A stretch of 64,000 nt of DNA from an uncultured Acidobacteriota bacterium (GCA_963720545.1 OY970399.1:1216001-1280000), one strand, 5' to 3'. Numbered from the stretch's first letter, positions 37,996 to 49,247 are shown. The notes: generated from the sequence alone by a model not told the origin. Numbers and translations are program-made.

Positions 37996-39147
37996 CTACT
38001 GCAGGACGACCTTGTCGCCCGCCTTCACGCCTTCGAGGATCTCGGCCTTGACGCCGTTGGTGATGCCCACCTTCACGGCGACCTTGCGCTTGCCGTCCTC
38101 GCCCTTCGGGTCGGGCACCTCGACCGTGGTCTTCTTGTCCTTGTCGTAGATGAGCGCCGACTCGGGCGCCAGCATCACGTGCTTCTTCTCTTCGCGGATG
38201 ATCTCGGCGTTGGCGCTCATGTTGGCGCGCAGCTCGCCGCCGGGGTTGTCGATCGAGACCCGCACCTCGAAGGTGGTGACGTTGTCCTTCTCGACGCCGA
38301 GCGGCGAGATCTTCGTGACCTTGCCGTCGAACTTCTTCTCCTTGAACGACTCGACGGTGATGCGCGCCGGCTGGTTGAAGTACACCTTGCCGATGTCCGC
38401 CTCGTCCACCTTGCCCAGCACGAACACGCTGCGCACGTCGCCGAGCGTGAAGATCGGCGTCGCCTCGGAGCCCATCACCAGGATGGAGCTGACGGCGTCG
38501 CCCACCTCGACGTCGCGCGACAGCACCAGGCCGTCCATCGGCGCCACGATGGTGGAGTTGCGCAGGTCGTTCTGCGCGCGTTCGAGGGCGGCCTGGGCGC
38601 GCGCCACCTCGGCCTGGTTGACGGCGACGCCGCGGCGCGCCATCGACTGCTTGTTGAGCGCCATCTCGTAGGCCTTTTCCGCGTCCTCGCGCACCGAGTC
38701 GGAGATGAGCCCTTCGCCGAACAACTTCTGGGCGCGCGCCTGCGCCGACTTGAGGAACGGCAGGTCCGGCCCCTCAGCCTCGACCCTGGTGCGCTCGAGC
38801 GACGCCTTCGTGGACAGCACGGCGGCCTCGGCCTCGCGCAGCCGCGCCTGCAGCTCTTCCTTGTCGAGTTCCACCAGCACCTGGTCCTTCTTCACCTGGT
38901 CGCCGTAGTCCACGAACAACTGCTTGACGATGCCGCTGGCCTTCGACTTGATGAGGACCTTGGTGGCCGGCTGGATCTTGCCGGTGGCGACCACGGAGCG
39001 GGCGATGTCGCCCTGCTCGACGGTGGCGAGCTTCTCGGGGTCGAGAGGCTTCTTCGAGCCCATGGCCTTGGCAATGCCAAACCCGGCCACGAGAACGGCC
39101 AGGATGGAGGCTCCAATGATGAGCCTGCGGCGGCGGCGTCTTTCCAT
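37996..39147 (-). CDS. Periplasmic adaptor / membrane fusion protein (MacA-like)
   Basis: TM anchor; VATGKIQP, VDYGDQVKKDQVL, IVAPMDGLV, VDEADIGKV. Confidence 0.92.
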   Translation of the reverse strand: MERRRRRRLIIGASILAVLVAGFGIAKAMGSKKPLDPEKLATVEQGDIARSVVATGKIQPATKVLIKSKASGIVKQLFVDYGDQVKKDQVLVELDKEELQARLREAEAAVLSTKASLERTRVEAEGPDLPFLKSAQARAQKLFGEGLISDSVREDAEKAYEMALNKQSMARRGVAVNQAEVARAQAALERAQNDLRNSTIVAPMDGLVLSRDVEVGDAVSSILVMGSEATPIFTLGDVRSVFVLGKVDEADIGKVYFNQPARITVESFKEKKFDGKVTKISPLGVEKDNVTTFEVRVSIDNPGGELRANMSANAEIIREEKKHVMLAPESALIYDKDKKTTVEVPDPKGEDGKRKVAVKVGITNGVKAEILEGVKAGDKVVLQ

Positions 39148-39200
39148 ATCAACCCTAGGACGCGGCCCACGGGCCAATGGTTCAGGAAATTTGCAGGTCT

Positions 39201-40078
39201 CTACGGCTCAACGAGTTGTCCGTACGATTCGGGCCGCCGGTCGCGGAAGAATTGCCAGGTGGAACGGACCTCTTCAATGAGTCCAAGGTCGAGGTCGGCC
39301 ACCACCACTGCGTCCTGGTCGCGCGGCGCCTGGGCGATGATGCTGGCCGCGCGGGTCGCAGAAGTAGCTCTTGCCGTAGAACTCGCCGATCTTCCACGGA
39401 GCTTCCCAGCCGACCCGGTTGATGGCGCCGACGAAATAGCCGTTGGCCACGGCGTGCGCCGGCTGCTCCAGCTCCCAGAGGTATTCGGAGAGCCCGGCCA
39501 CGGTGGCCGAAGGGTTGAAGACGATCTCGGCGCCGTTCAGGCCCAGGGCGCGAGCGCCTTCCGGGAAGTGGCGGTCGTAGCAGATGTAGACGCCGATCTT
39601 CGCGTAGGCGGTTTCGAAGGTGGGATAGCCGAGGTTCCCGGGGCGGAAGTAGAACTTCTCCCAGAAGCCGGGCTTGGCGTGCGGGATGTGGGTCTTGCGG
39701 TACTTGCCGAGGTACTTGCCGTCGGCGTCGATGACGGCGGCGGTGTTGTAGTAGATGCCCGCCTGCTCCTGCTTCGTAGATGGGCACGATCAGCACCATC
39801 TTGTGTTTCTTCGCGACCTTCTGCATCAGCTTCACGGTGGGGCCGTCCGGCACGCTTTCGGTGAACTGGTACCAGCGCGTCTCCTGCTCGGCACAGAAAT
39901 ACGGGCCGTAGAAGATCTCCTGCAGGCAGACGATCTTCGCTTTTTTCGCGGCGGCCTCGGCGATGAGCTTGAGGTGGCGATCGATCATCGCCTTCTTCAC
40001 CTTCTCGAGGCCGTGCTCCGGCCCCAGCACGTTCTTCGCCTGGATCAGGCCGCATCGCACCACTCGTCCCGTTGCCAT
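39201..40078 (-). pseudogene. Nitrilase-family beta-ureidopropionase (N-carbamoyl-beta-alanine amidohydrolase) with two frameshifts, probably sequencing error
   Basis: CLQEIFYGPYFC; KYRKTHIP..FWEKFYF..ICYDRHFPE; WQFFRDRRPESY. Glu-Lys-Cys triad intact across frames; shifts near 39770 and 39345. Confidence 0.85.
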
Positions 40079-40113
40079 TCGCGCACCTCGGTTCTGTTCG
40101 CCGGAGTATGCCA

Positions 40114-42100
40114 CTAGTCCTGCGGGTTGCGCCCCGGCCTTCGGCGCGCTCGCCGCCCTGGCGCGCTCGCGCGCGGCGTCCTGCGCGCGGCCTGCTTTCG
40201 CGTATGCCTCGGCGAGGAACAGGTGCGCCTCGGCGGATGCCGCAGAATTGCCGGCGGCCTTCTCGAGGTGCGGCAGGCTCTCGGCGACTTGCCCCTGCAG
40301 GCTGAGGATGCGGCCATAGAGGAGGTTGGCGCGGTAGTGCTCGGGCTCCTGCTCCAGGGCGGCGCGCAGTTCGATGAGGGCCGCCGGGACACGGTCGGTG
40401 CGCGCGTAGACCGACCCGAGCGAGAAGCGCGCGTCGGCCCACTTCGGCTGGCGCGTGGCGGCGATCTCGAAGTGGCCCGCGGCCTTGCGCAGGTCGCCGG
40501 TCTCGAAGAGCGCCAGGCCCATCTCGTAGTGCACCAGCGGCGAGTCGGGCCGGATCTCGATCGCCTTGTGCAGCGCCGGCACCGCGGCGGCATAGCGGCG
40601 CTCGCGCGAGCGGGCGATGCCAAGCTGCAACTGCGCCATGTAGACCTGCGGGTCTTGCGCAACCACCTGCTCGAGCAGCGGGATGGCCTTGAGGTTGTCG
40701 CCGTTCTCGATGGCGAGCATGGCGGTGTGCAGCGTGTTCGAAGTGGCGATGCGGTCCTTCGGGTCGATGGCGCTCGCACCCGCTGCGGCCGGCGCGCCGC
40801 CGCCAGACACATAGCCGAGGGCCGCGAGCCGCTCGGCGAGTTCGGGATCGACCTTCGGCTGGGCTGTGCTTCCGGCGCTGCCGGCCGCGGTGCGCCGCCG
40901 GAAGTCGTCGAGCGCCTGGCCAATGCGTGCCGCGACCGCAGCGCGCTCGGCAGCGACGTCGCGGTTCGCTTGCGGGTCCTTGTCGAGGGCGAACAGCTCC
41001 GGCCGCGGCGCCTTTACATAAAGGAACTGGTCCACACGATACGCCGCGAGCGCACTCCAGCCGAAGGCGCGGTTGGGGTAGTCGGTTTCGGAGTAGATGG
41101 CGCGGTCCTGCGCCGCCGCGAGCGGCACGCCCTGCACCTGCTGCGGGACCGCGACGCCGGCGGCCTGCAGGATGGTCGGCGCCACGTCCACCAGGCCGAC
41201 CCGCGCGGCGACGCGCTTGCCGGCACCCGGCCCCTGCCCGCGCGGGAACTTCACGACCAGCGGCACGTGGATGGTGGCGTCGTAAAGGAAGACGCCGTGC
41301 GTCGATTCGCCGTGCTCGCCAAGCGCCTCGCCGTGGTCCGCCGCCACCACGACGAGCGTGTCGTCGAAACGGCCCTTCGCCTTCAGCGCGGCAAGCAACT
41401 GCCCCACCGCGTTGTCGGCGGCGGCGATTTCGCCGTCGTAGGGCGCCTTCGCGAAGCGGGCCTTGAACGGGGCGGGCGGATCGTATGGGTCGTGGGCGTC
41501 GTAGAGGTGTACCCACAGAAAGAAGGGCGACGTGCCCGCGCGGTCTGTGTCGAGCCACTTCTGCGCCCGCGCCACCACCTGTGCGCCGCGCCGCTCGAGC
41601 GTTTCATAGCGGTCCGAGCGGCCTGCGCCGCGCCGTACCTGGTAGCCGGCGTCGTAGGTGTCGAAGCCGCGGTCGAAACCGGGTGCGAGGCCGTTGCGCG
41701 CGTCGAGGATGAGCGCGCCAACAAAGGCAGCCGTGCGGTAGCCCTGCGCCTTCAGCAGCGCCGGCACGTACGGCAGGTCCACGGGCAGCGGCACGCCGAA
41801 GTCGTTGACGCCGTGGAACTGCGGGTAGGTGCCGGAGAGGATGGTCGCGTGCGACACGGTGGTGATGGGCGCCTGGGAGTACGCCCGCTCGAACACCACG
41901 CCAGCCTTCGCCAGGGCGTCGAGCGAAGGCGTCAGGCCGCGCGTCGATCCCAGGAAGCCCATGCGGTCGGCGCGCGTCGTGTCGAGCGTGATCAGCACGA
42001 CGTTCGGCTTCCCCGCCGCCGCGGCCACACCCGCACCAGTGAGGGAGGCGCCGAGCAGCGCGCACAGGCAGAGCCCCGGCGAGAAGAAGACGCGGCGCAT
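40114..42100 (-). CDS. Sulfatase-like domain plus C-terminal TPR repeats
   Basis: PNVVLITLDTTRAD, APITTVSH, HLYDAHDPY, ADHGE, LAALGY, then TPR repeats. 3' end inferred; as sequenced the frame reads on into the nitrilase. Confidence 0.85.
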
Positions 42101-42118
42101 GGCTAGAGCCTACTGGAT

Positions 42119-42147
42119 AAAACAAAGGGCCCTGGATTCCAGGGCCC
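42119..42147 (-). terminator. Intrinsic terminator after the TonB-dependent receptor gene
   Basis: Minus strand GGGCCCTGG-AAT-CCAGGGCCC followed by TTTGTTTT. Confidence 0.75.
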
Positions 42148-42184
42148 CTTGTGGTCCGTCGCTCGCCGCTTGAGCGGCGCGCGC

Positions 42185-45100
42185 TTAAAAGATGATCTTC
42201 CCGACCAACTGGAAGGCTCTGGCACCGCCCGAAGTGAGCACCGGGTTGAGCTGATCCGAGTCGGGCGTCGAGCTCGTGGTTCCGAAGGCGGCGCTGCGCA
42301 CGTTGGTCGTGAGGAAGCCAAAGTTCGCGCGGTTGAAGAGGTTGAACGCCTCGAGCCGCAGTTGCAGCCTGACGTTCTCGCTCAGTTTCGTCGTCTTCAT
42401 GATGGAGAAGTCCATCTGGCGGAAGTTCGGCCCGCGGATCGAGTTGCGGCCGCAGTTGCCGAGGGTGCCGTCGGGAACGTCCGTGAAGATCTCAGGGTTC
42501 GCGATGAAGTTGTTGGGATCGCCCTGGTTGTACTGGATCTCGCCGGTAGCGCAGTTGGCGCGGACGCGGTCGAAGTCTTGACCCGAGCGGTCGCGGTTGA
42601 CGTGCGCGGTGTACGGACGGCCCGAGGTGGCGACGAACAGCGCAGCCACTTCCCACCCTTGGCCGAACTGGCCGCCGGTGAAGGACGGAATGGAGTAGGT
42701 GCCGCCGAAGTTGAAGTTCACGGGCACGTCCGACTCGCACGGCCCGAGGTTGCCCGCGATGTTGTACGGGTTCTCGAACTGGCCGGCCTGGCCGCCGCCG
42801 CCGCGGTTCACCGAGTTGTAGTCGCGGCAGCGCGACAGCGTCAGGTTGTACTGGCTGTTGAAGCCCTTCCAGTTCTGCTGGCGCAGCGTGAGCTGCAGGC
42901 TGTTGTACCAGGACTTGCCGTCGTTGTTGACCTGGACGATGTGCTTCAGGTCGGGGAACTGCGTGTTGAACGGACGGTTCGCCTGGATGTCGTTGAGCGG
43001 CGTGCCCACCGGCGGCGCGTTCAGGTCGCGGACGCTCAGCAGGTCGCGGCCGCGCTGGCCGACGTAGGACGCGGTCAGGGCGACGGTGCGGCCGAGCAGC
43101 CGCTGGGCCGTGACGTGGAAGATGTGGAAGTACGGCGTCGACAGGTCTTCCTTCACCGCGAAGGCGTTGAACGGCGGCACGCCGCGCGGGCTGTTGCCGA
43201 ACACCGGCACGTTGGGCTGGATGCAGACGTAGTCGCCGATGCCGGTGTTGGGGTCGATGCAGCTCGCGGACGGATCGTCGGGCACCGTGCTGAGCGCGCC
43301 GCTGAGCCCGACGCCGAAGATGCCGAGGTTCGGCTGCGAGAAGGCGCCCGAACGCGCGCCGGCGATGGTGTAGGGCGCGTGGATGGCCGCGAAGGTGGCA
43401 ACGTCGTAGGTGAGCGCGTAGCCGCCGCGCAGCACGGTCTTGCCGTCGCCGTTCACGTCCCACGAGAAGCCGAGGCGCGGGCCGAAGTTGTTCTTGTCGC
43501 CCTTGTAGAGCTTGTCGATGCCCTGGCCAACCTGCACCAGGCCGCGGTCGGGCAGGAAGTTCGACGCCAGGTTGTCGCGCTCGCTGAGCGGCGTGTTGAG
43601 GTCGTAGCGCACGCCGAGGTTGACCGTGAAGCGCGGCGACACGCGCACGTCGTCGCTCGCGTACAGGCTGTACGAGTTCTGGATGAGGTGGCGGGTGGTG
43701 TCGCCGAACGAGCGCGAGGCGAGGTCGGCGCGGCCCAGCAGCATGCCGGTGATGGCATCGACCGGGTCGCCGGTGCCGCCGCTGAACTCGAGCGTGGTGC
43801 GGGCGCGGTTGCGCAGGCTGAAGGTGGTGGCATGCGAGTAGGCGGTGCCGACCTTGATCGTGTGCTTGTCCTTGATCCAGGTCATGCTGGCCGACAGGTC
43901 GGTGCTGGCGTTCGGCGCGGTGGTGATGGGATAGCCGCCGACGCCGCCGATGTAGCCGAAGCTCGAGAAGTAATCGACGTAGGGCGCGCCGAAGTCGATG
44001 GGGTCGAGCGGACCGGTGTCGAGGCCGAGGCTCTTGGGGTCGATCTTGTTGTTGATGTCGATGACCTGCGAAAAGCTGCTGTAGCCGCCCTTCACTTCGA
44101 GGAGCTTGGTGGGGCTCAGGTTCGAGGTCCAGGTGAGGCCGAACAGCTTGACGCGCGGCTCGGTCACCGAATTGAAGATGTCCTCGTCATAAGGAGGAGC
44201 CGCCGGCAGTTCGCCGGTGAAGGCCGGGGCCGACTGGTAGTTCTTGCCGTAGAAAGCGCGCGCCGTGATGTTGTTGGACGCGTTCAGGCGATGGTCGATC
44301 TTCAACTGCATGACGTCGGTGCGGGTGACGCCAGGCGCTGCGACCGCGATCTCTCCGGACGGGTCCGGTGGGATAGAACGCGAGCAGGTTCTCGCCCACC
44401 GGGTTTGTCGAGCAGGCCGGCGGCGGCGATGCGGCCGCGCGCCTCGGTGATCTGGTTCGGCGTCGGCACGAACGCGCGGTACGGGGTGGAAACGGTGAGC
44501 CGCTGCGCCTCGTAGAAGCCGAAGAAGTGGGTCTTGTCCTTGATCAGCGGGCCGCCGAAGGTGGCGCCAAACTGCTTGTTGCTGAGCGGCGACTTGTCGC
44601 CGCCGGCGAGCTTGGTGAAGTAGTTTTTCTCGGCGAACTTGTCCGAGCTGTAGAAGCCCTGCGCGGTGCCGTGGAAGGCGTTGGTGCCGCTCTTCAGGAC
44701 CACGTTGATGGCCGCGCCGCCCTTGACGCCGAACTCGACGCCGGGAGTCTGCTGCACCGTGAACTCGCGCGATCGCGTCCATCGGCACGATGCTCGCGGG
44801 GTTGCCGACGATGCCCGACTCGCCGACCGCGGTGCCGCCGTAGTAGCGGTCGTTGTTCGAGATGCCGTCCACCATGAAGTTGTTCGAGGTGGTGCGCTGC
44901 CCGGAGATGCTGATCGAGAGGAAGCCGCCGCCGGGGGCGCGCTGCACGCCGGGTGCGAGCTGCACCAGCGCGTTGAAGTCGCGGCCGTTGACCGGCAGCG
45001 AGGCGATGCGCGCCTGGTCGACCGAGGTGTTGAGCTTGTCGGAGAACTCGACGAGCGGCGCCGCGCCCTCGACCGTGATCTCCTCTTCCGCGCCGCCGAC

Positions 45101-45448
45101 CTCGAGCTTGAAGTCCGCGCGCGTCATGTTGTTCGCGACCACGGTGACGTCGCGGGCGGTGACGCGGAAGCCCGAGAGCGTGGCCGTGACCTTGTAGACG
45201 CAGATCTGCATCTCGGCAAGCCGGAAGGCTCCTGAAGCGCTCGAGACGGTGCTGCGCGTCGCGCCGGTCTCCGGACAGGTGGCGTTCACGGTGGCGCCGG
45301 GAACGACGGCTCCGCCTGCGTCAGTGACCGTGCCGGTGATGTCACCGGTGATCTTCTGCGCGAACGCGAAAGGGCTGGCGACGAGCGAAAGGCTCGCCAC
45401 GGCTGCGGCAACGGCAAGAGTGCGAAGAGTGACCGGGCGCATGAACAT
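42185..45448 (-). CDS. Oar-like TonB-dependent receptor with carboxypeptidase regulatory-like N-domain; compensating frameshifts about 44370-44770
   Basis: ITGTVTDAGGAVVPGATV, LPVNGRDF, NNFMVDG, NLGVRYD, NFGPRLGFSW, EAFNLFN, terminal F. KSGTNAFHG..QFGATFGGPLIKDKT lies in another frame. GGAGG RBS. Confidence 0.92.
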   Translation of the reverse strand: MFMRPVTLRTLAVAAAVASLSLVASPFAFAQKITGDITGTVTDAGGAVVPGATVNATCPETGATRSTVSSASGAFRLAEMQICVYKVTATLSGFRVTARDVTVVANNMTRADFKLEVGGAEEEITVEGAAPLVEFSDKLNTSVDQARIASLPVNGRDFNALVQLAPGVQRAPGGGFLSISISGQRTTSNNFMVDGISNNDRYYGGTAVGESGIVGNPASIVPMDAIARVHGAADSRRRVRRQGRRGHQRGPEERHQRLPRHRAGLLQLGQVRREKLLHQARRRRQVAAQQQAVWRHLRRPADQGQDPLLRLLRGAAAHRFHPVPRVRADAEPDHRGARPHRRRRPARQTRWARTCSRSIPPDPSGEIAVAAPGVTRTDVMQLKIDHRLNASNNITARAFYGKNYQSAPAFTGELPAAPPYDEDIFNSVTEPRVKLFGLTWTSNLSPTKLLEVKGGYSSFSQVIDINNKIDPKSLGLDTGPLDPIDFGAPYVDYFSSFGYIGGVGGYPITTAPNASTDLSASMTWIKDKHTIKVGTAYSHATTFSLRNRARTTLEFSGGTGDPVDAITGMLLGRADLASRSFGDTTRHLIQNSYSLYASDDVRVSPRFTVNLGVRYDLNTPLSERDNLASNFLPDRGLVQVGQGIDKLYKGDKNNFGPRLGFSWDVNGDGKTVLRGGYALTYDVATFAAIHAPYTIAGARSGAFSQPNLGIFGVGLSGALSTVPDDPSASCIDPNTGIGDYVCIQPNVPVFGNSPRGVPPFNAFAVKEDLSTPYFHIFHVTAQRLLGRTVALTASYVGQRGRDLLSVRDLNAPPVGTPLNDIQANRPFNTQFPDLKHIVQVNNDGKSWYNSLQLTLRQQNWKGFNSQYNLTLSRCRDYNSVNRGGGGQAGQFENPYNIAGNLGPCESDVPVNFNFGGTYSIPSFTGGQFGQGWEVAALFVATSGRPYTAHVNRDRSGQDFDRVRANCATGEIQYNQGDPNNFIANPEIFTDVPDGTLGNCGRNSIRGPNFRQMDFSIMKTTKLSENVRLQLRLEAFNLFNRANFGFLTTNVRSAAFGTTSSTPDSDQLNPVLTSGGARAFQLVGKIIF

Positions 45449-45777
45449 CAAGAAACCTCCGGAAGACGGGGCGCAAACATCTGCTTGGATGGACTGGTTA
45501 CCGGAAGCAGGGCCAATTGTCAATATTCATTGAGGCAAGGGGCTCGCGCTCAGCATGTGTTGCACCCAAGCTCCTGCACTTCAATGGTTTGACTCGAGGT
45601 TGCTGGAGCGTCAACAGTGTCAAGAATCGCCAACTTTGGAGGCGTGCGCCGCGCCGTGGAGCCGGCGGCGCCGCAATTGGCACAACGGAATGACACGTTC
45701 GGCCGCGTTTGCATTGGGCCGCAATTTCTCCTGAATTCACATGCAACGGCGACCCTGCGGCCTAGTTTCAACGGATC

Positions 45778-46197
45778 ATGAAAAACACCTTCCGCATTGC
45801 ATCAGCACTTCTCGCGGCGGCGACGCTGTCCGCATGTTCCGACGACACGAAGCCTTCCGACATCCAGGGCGTGCAGTGGAGTCTCACGTCCCTGCAACCA
45901 GCCGGCGCCGCGTCGATAACCATCGAGGACCCGACGAAATACACCGTGCGTTTCGAAACGGACGGCAAGCTCAACGTGATCGCCGACTGCAACAGCTGCT
46001 CGGGCACGTATGCGCTCAGCGACAGCACGCTGTCGATCACCGGCAGCCTGACATGCACGGAGATCGCGTGCCCCGCGGGCAGCCAGAGCGCTCCGTTCCT
46101 GGCCATCGTCGGGGCGCAGTCGTCGACCCTCGACCGCAATGACGAGAACCTGGAGCTGACGTCGGCGGCGGGCTCGCTCAATTTCGCGATGCGCTAA
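45778..46197 (+). CDS. META-domain lipoprotein (HslJ-like)
   Basis: Lipobox LSAC; W-x-L, ADCN..GTY, TEIACP. Confidence 0.82.
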   Translation: MKNTFRIASALLAAATLSACSDDTKPSDIQGVQWSLTSLQPAGAASITIEDPTKYTVRFETDGKLNVIADCNSCSGTYALSDSTLSITGSLTCTEIACPAGSQSAPFLAIVGAQSSTLDRNDENLELTSAAGSLNFAMR

Positions 46198-46288
46198 TCA
46201 ACAGCGCGCTCCGCGCGTCAGCGCGAGTGCAACGCCAGGCGCAGTCCTGGAGCGCCGGGCGCAACCAAAAAGGCGGCGCGGGCTTCTG

Positions 46289-47191
46289 CTAGCCGGCGGT
46301 TTCGGCGGTGGCTCGCGCCGCCGCGTCGTCCTTGTCGTTGCGCAGCGCGCTGCGCAGCATGGTGAGCGCCGTGTAGACGACCACCACGATGACCAGCCAA
46401 CGCACCGTGGAGATGTCGAGCTTCTTCACGATGAAAGCGGCGACCAGCACCGCCGGGATGCCACCGAGCGCGAGGCCAATGGCGGCGCGCGGCGCGTAGC
46501 GGCCGTTGCGAATGAAGCGCATGCTCGCGACCGGCATGAGGAATGCGCACGAGCCCATCATGATCGGGAACGCGGTGGTCGGCAGCATGCCGAGCAGGCT
46601 GATGAGGATCAGGCACGGCCCGTAGAGGCCGATGCCGAGCGTCATCAGCGCGCCGAGCACGAAGTTGCCGGCGAAGCCGAGTGCCAGTTTCGCGCCGCTC
46701 AGGCCGAGGGCCGTGCCGCCGGCGGCGGCCCAGTTCATCTGCGCCGCGAACATCAGGCCGGCCGCGCCCAGCAGGCACACGCCCATGCCGATCTGGATGT
46801 TGCGCTTCGGCCAGCCGCAGACGACGCCGGCGCCGAGCCACGCGCCGAGCACCGAGGCCGCGATCATGGCGACGAGTGTCGTGACGTCCACCTGAACGAT
46901 CGTTATATAGATGAAGGCCTGGACGATGGTGGGCAGGGTGTGGCCGACGTTGAGGGTGCCGGGGATGAGGTCGTCGGGCACGAGAGAGCGGACCTTGAAC
47001 ATCGAGGTGGTGGTGGCGAACGAGCCGATGCCGAGCGTGTCGAAGAAGTTGCTGACGGCGCCGATCCCGGTCTCGACCGCGCCCACGCCGCCCATGCCGT
47101 TGCGGCGCGCGATGGCGAGGTGCCGCAGCCAGAACACGACGTAGGAAATCGCGACTATGGCCAGCGTGAACAGCAGGGCTCGGGTCACCAT
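46289..47191 (-). CDS. TauE/SafE (TSUP)-like membrane transporter
   Basis: NFFDTLGIGSFA, IPGTLNVG, LMTLGIGLYGP, AFPIMMGSCA; many TM helices. Confidence 0.78.
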   Translation of the reverse strand: MVTRALLFTLAIVAISYVVFWLRHLAIARRNGMGGVGAVETGIGAVSNFFDTLGIGSFATTTSMFKVRSLVPDDLIPGTLNVGHTLPTIVQAFIYITIVQVDVTTLVAMIAASVLGAWLGAGVVCGWPKRNIQIGMGVCLLGAAGLMFAAQMNWAAAGGTALGLSGAKLALGFAGNFVLGALMTLGIGLYGPCLILISLLGMLPTTAFPIMMGSCAFLMPVASMRFIRNGRYAPRAAIGLALGGIPAVLVAAFIVKKLDISTVRWLVIVVVVYTALTMLRSALRNDKDDAAARATAETAG

Positions 47192-47221
47192 GGGCGGTCT
47201 CTCACCTCGGCGGAACCATAG

Positions 47222-48280
47222 CTACTGCCAGCGGAAAAGTCGAAGCGCCAGGCCGAAGCACACGACGAGCCACACAAGCAGGACCAGAACGGGCAGGCCC
47301 AGGGCGGCGAGCGAGAGGCCCTGGAGCATGTTGGCGCGCAGCGCGTCGTTGACCGCTGTGAGGGGCAGCCACTTGATGAACGGCTGCATCGCCGCCGGGA
47401 AGTTGGCCGACGAGAAGAACACCCCGGAGAGGATCCACATCGGCAGCATCACCAGGTTCATGAGGCCCGATGCGCCCTCCATGGTGCGCACGCGCGAGGC
47501 CACGAGCAGGCCCAGCCCGCCGAAGCTGAGCGAGCCCAGCAGGCAGATGGCGGTGAGCTGCAGCAGCGAGCCGCGCAGGGGCACGCCGAACACCCAGTGG
47601 CCGAAGCCCACGATGGTGATGACTTCGACGGTCAGCAGCAGCAGGCGGTGGATGAGGAACGAAGCCAGGTAGTGGGCCTTCGACATGGGCGTTGCGATCA
47701 GCCGCTTCAACAGCTTGCGCTTGCGTGCGTCGACGATGCCGAAGCCGACGCCCCAGATCCCGCTGCCCATCAGGTTCATCCCGAGCAGTCCCGGGATGAC
47801 GAAGTCGATGTAGCGCGAGCCCTTGTCGCGCACCACCACGTCTTTCACCTGCAGCGGGTCCTTGCGGCCGGAAGTCCGCTGCAATGCGTCGAGCGCCAGG
47901 CCGCGGGCGGTGCGCGCGTCCGGCCGGGTGTCGTCATAGCGGATCTCGAGCGACCACGGATTGGGGGCGAGCACCAGCACCGCGATGTCCCCATTGCGCA
48001 GCGCCGCCATGCCGGCGGCCTCTTCGAGCGGGTCGACGATGAGCGCCGGCTCTTCCTTGAGCGCCGCCGCGATGCCGAGCCGGTCGGCGTCGGTGGCTGC
48101 GCCGATGCGCAGCGTCTGCTGCGGCGTGCTGCGAAAGGCGAGGCCGAGCCCGCCGGCCAGCAGGATCGGGAACAGGAAGATCCAGAAGACCGCCTCGGGC
48201 TCGCGGATGAACTCGCGGAAGCGCACCAGCGTCAGCTGCACGAGAGGATGCGCGAAGAAGCCGGTGCGGCTATTGCTCAC
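47222..48280 (-). CDS. ABC-2 transporter permease
   Basis: REPEAVFWIFLFP, YIDFVIPG, LKRLIATP, LSGVFF, LPLT. Confidence 0.92.
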   Translation of the reverse strand: MSNSRTGFFAHPLVQLTLVRFREFIREPEAVFWIFLFPILLAGGLGLAFRSTPQQTLRIGAATDADRLGIAAALKEEPALIVDPLEEAAGMAALRNGDIAVLVLAPNPWSLEIRYDDTRPDARTARGLALDALQRTSGRKDPLQVKDVVVRDKGSRYIDFVIPGLLGMNLMGSGIWGVGFGIVDARKRKLLKRLIATPMSKAHYLASFLIHRLLLLTVEVITIVGFGHWVFGVPLRGSLLQLTAICLLGSLSFGGLGLLVASRVRTMEGASGLMNLVMLPMWILSGVFFSSANFPAAMQPFIKWLPLTAVNDALRANMLQGLSLAALGLPVLVLLVWLVVCFGLALRLFRWQ

Positions 48281-49247
48281 GCAGGTGCCTCCCGGTGAGC
48301 GTGACGAACACGTCCTCGAGAGTTGCCGAGTGCGTGCTGAGCTCGGTGAGCGCGCGGCCGCGGCTCGCCACCGCCGCCATCACCGCGGGAATGGCGGCGT
48401 GCGGCTCCTTCACCTGCAACGACCAGGTGCCGTTCTCGATGCGGCTCGCGGTCACGCCCGGCACCTCGTCGAAGAGTGCCTGGTCGAGCGTTGCCGGATC
48501 GCCGTCGATCGAGAACGCCACCACGTGCAGCGCGCCGAGCGAGGCGATCAGCTCGCGCGGCGTGCCAAGGGCGATGACCTTGCCGTGGTCCACCACCGCG
48601 ACGCGGTCGCACAGCCGCTCGGCTTCGTCCATGTAGTGGGTGGTGAGCAGGATGGTGCGGCCGGTGCGGCGAAACTGCTCGATGAGGTCCCATAGCTGGC
48701 GGCGCGCCTGCGGATCGAGGCCGGTCGTAGGTTCGTCGAGCACCAGCAGCTCGGGGTCGCCAGCGAGCGCACAGGCGACGGCGAGCCGCTGCTTCTGCCC
48801 GCCCGAGAGCTGCCCGACGCGCGCGGCTTGCTTCTCGCCGAGGTCGACGAGGCCGATGACCTCGTCGATGGCCCGCGGGCTGCGATAGAAGCTCGCGAAC
48901 AACTCCATCGTCTCGCGGACCGTCAGCTTTTCGGCGAGAAGGGTTTCCTGCAGCTGCAGGCCGATGCGCTGGCGCAGCTCGCGCTCGTCGGCGCGGCGGT
49001 CCCAGCGCCGGCCGAGCACGGCGATCTCGCCGGCGTCGGCGCGGTTGAGGCCCACCGCGATCTCGATGGTCGTGGTCTTGCCGGCACCGTTGGGACCCAG
49101 CAGGCCGAAGCACTCGCCGCGGCGCACCTCGAGGTCGAGCCCGTCCACCGCCACCACGTCGCCGTAGGCCTTGCGCAGGCCGGAGACGAGCAGCGCCGGA
49201 GTGTGGTCCGGAGCCTTCTCCGGAGCGTGGTCCGCCGCGCCGTTCAC
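48270..49247 (-). CDS. ABC transporter ATP-binding protein
   Basis: GPNGAGKTT, LSGGQ, LDEPTTGLD, TTHYMDEAE. Confidence 0.95.
   Translation of the reverse strand: MNGAADHAPEKAPDHTPALLVSGLRKAYGDVVAVDGLDLEVRRGECFGLLGPNGAGKTTTIEIAVGLNRADAGEIAVLGRRWDRRADERELRQRIGLQLQETLLAEKLTVRETMELFASFYRSPRAIDEVIGLVDLGEKQAARVGQLSGGQKQRLAVACALAGDPELLVLDEPTTGLDPQARRQLWDLIEQFRRTGRTILLTTHYMDEAERLCDRVAVVDHGKVIALGTPRELIASLGALHVVAFSIDGDPATLDQALFDEVPGVTASRIENGTWSLQVKEPHAAIPAVMAAVASRGRALTELSTHSATLEDVFVTLTGRHLREQ

Noticed and set aside
39182..42100. 972-aa ORF appearing to fuse sulfatase-TPR with a nitrilase N-terminus
   Set aside because: Removing one G from the GGGG run near 40133 gives KAGRNPQD* at 40114; the nitrilase has its own ATG (40078) with a GAGG RBS, and the region has other indels.
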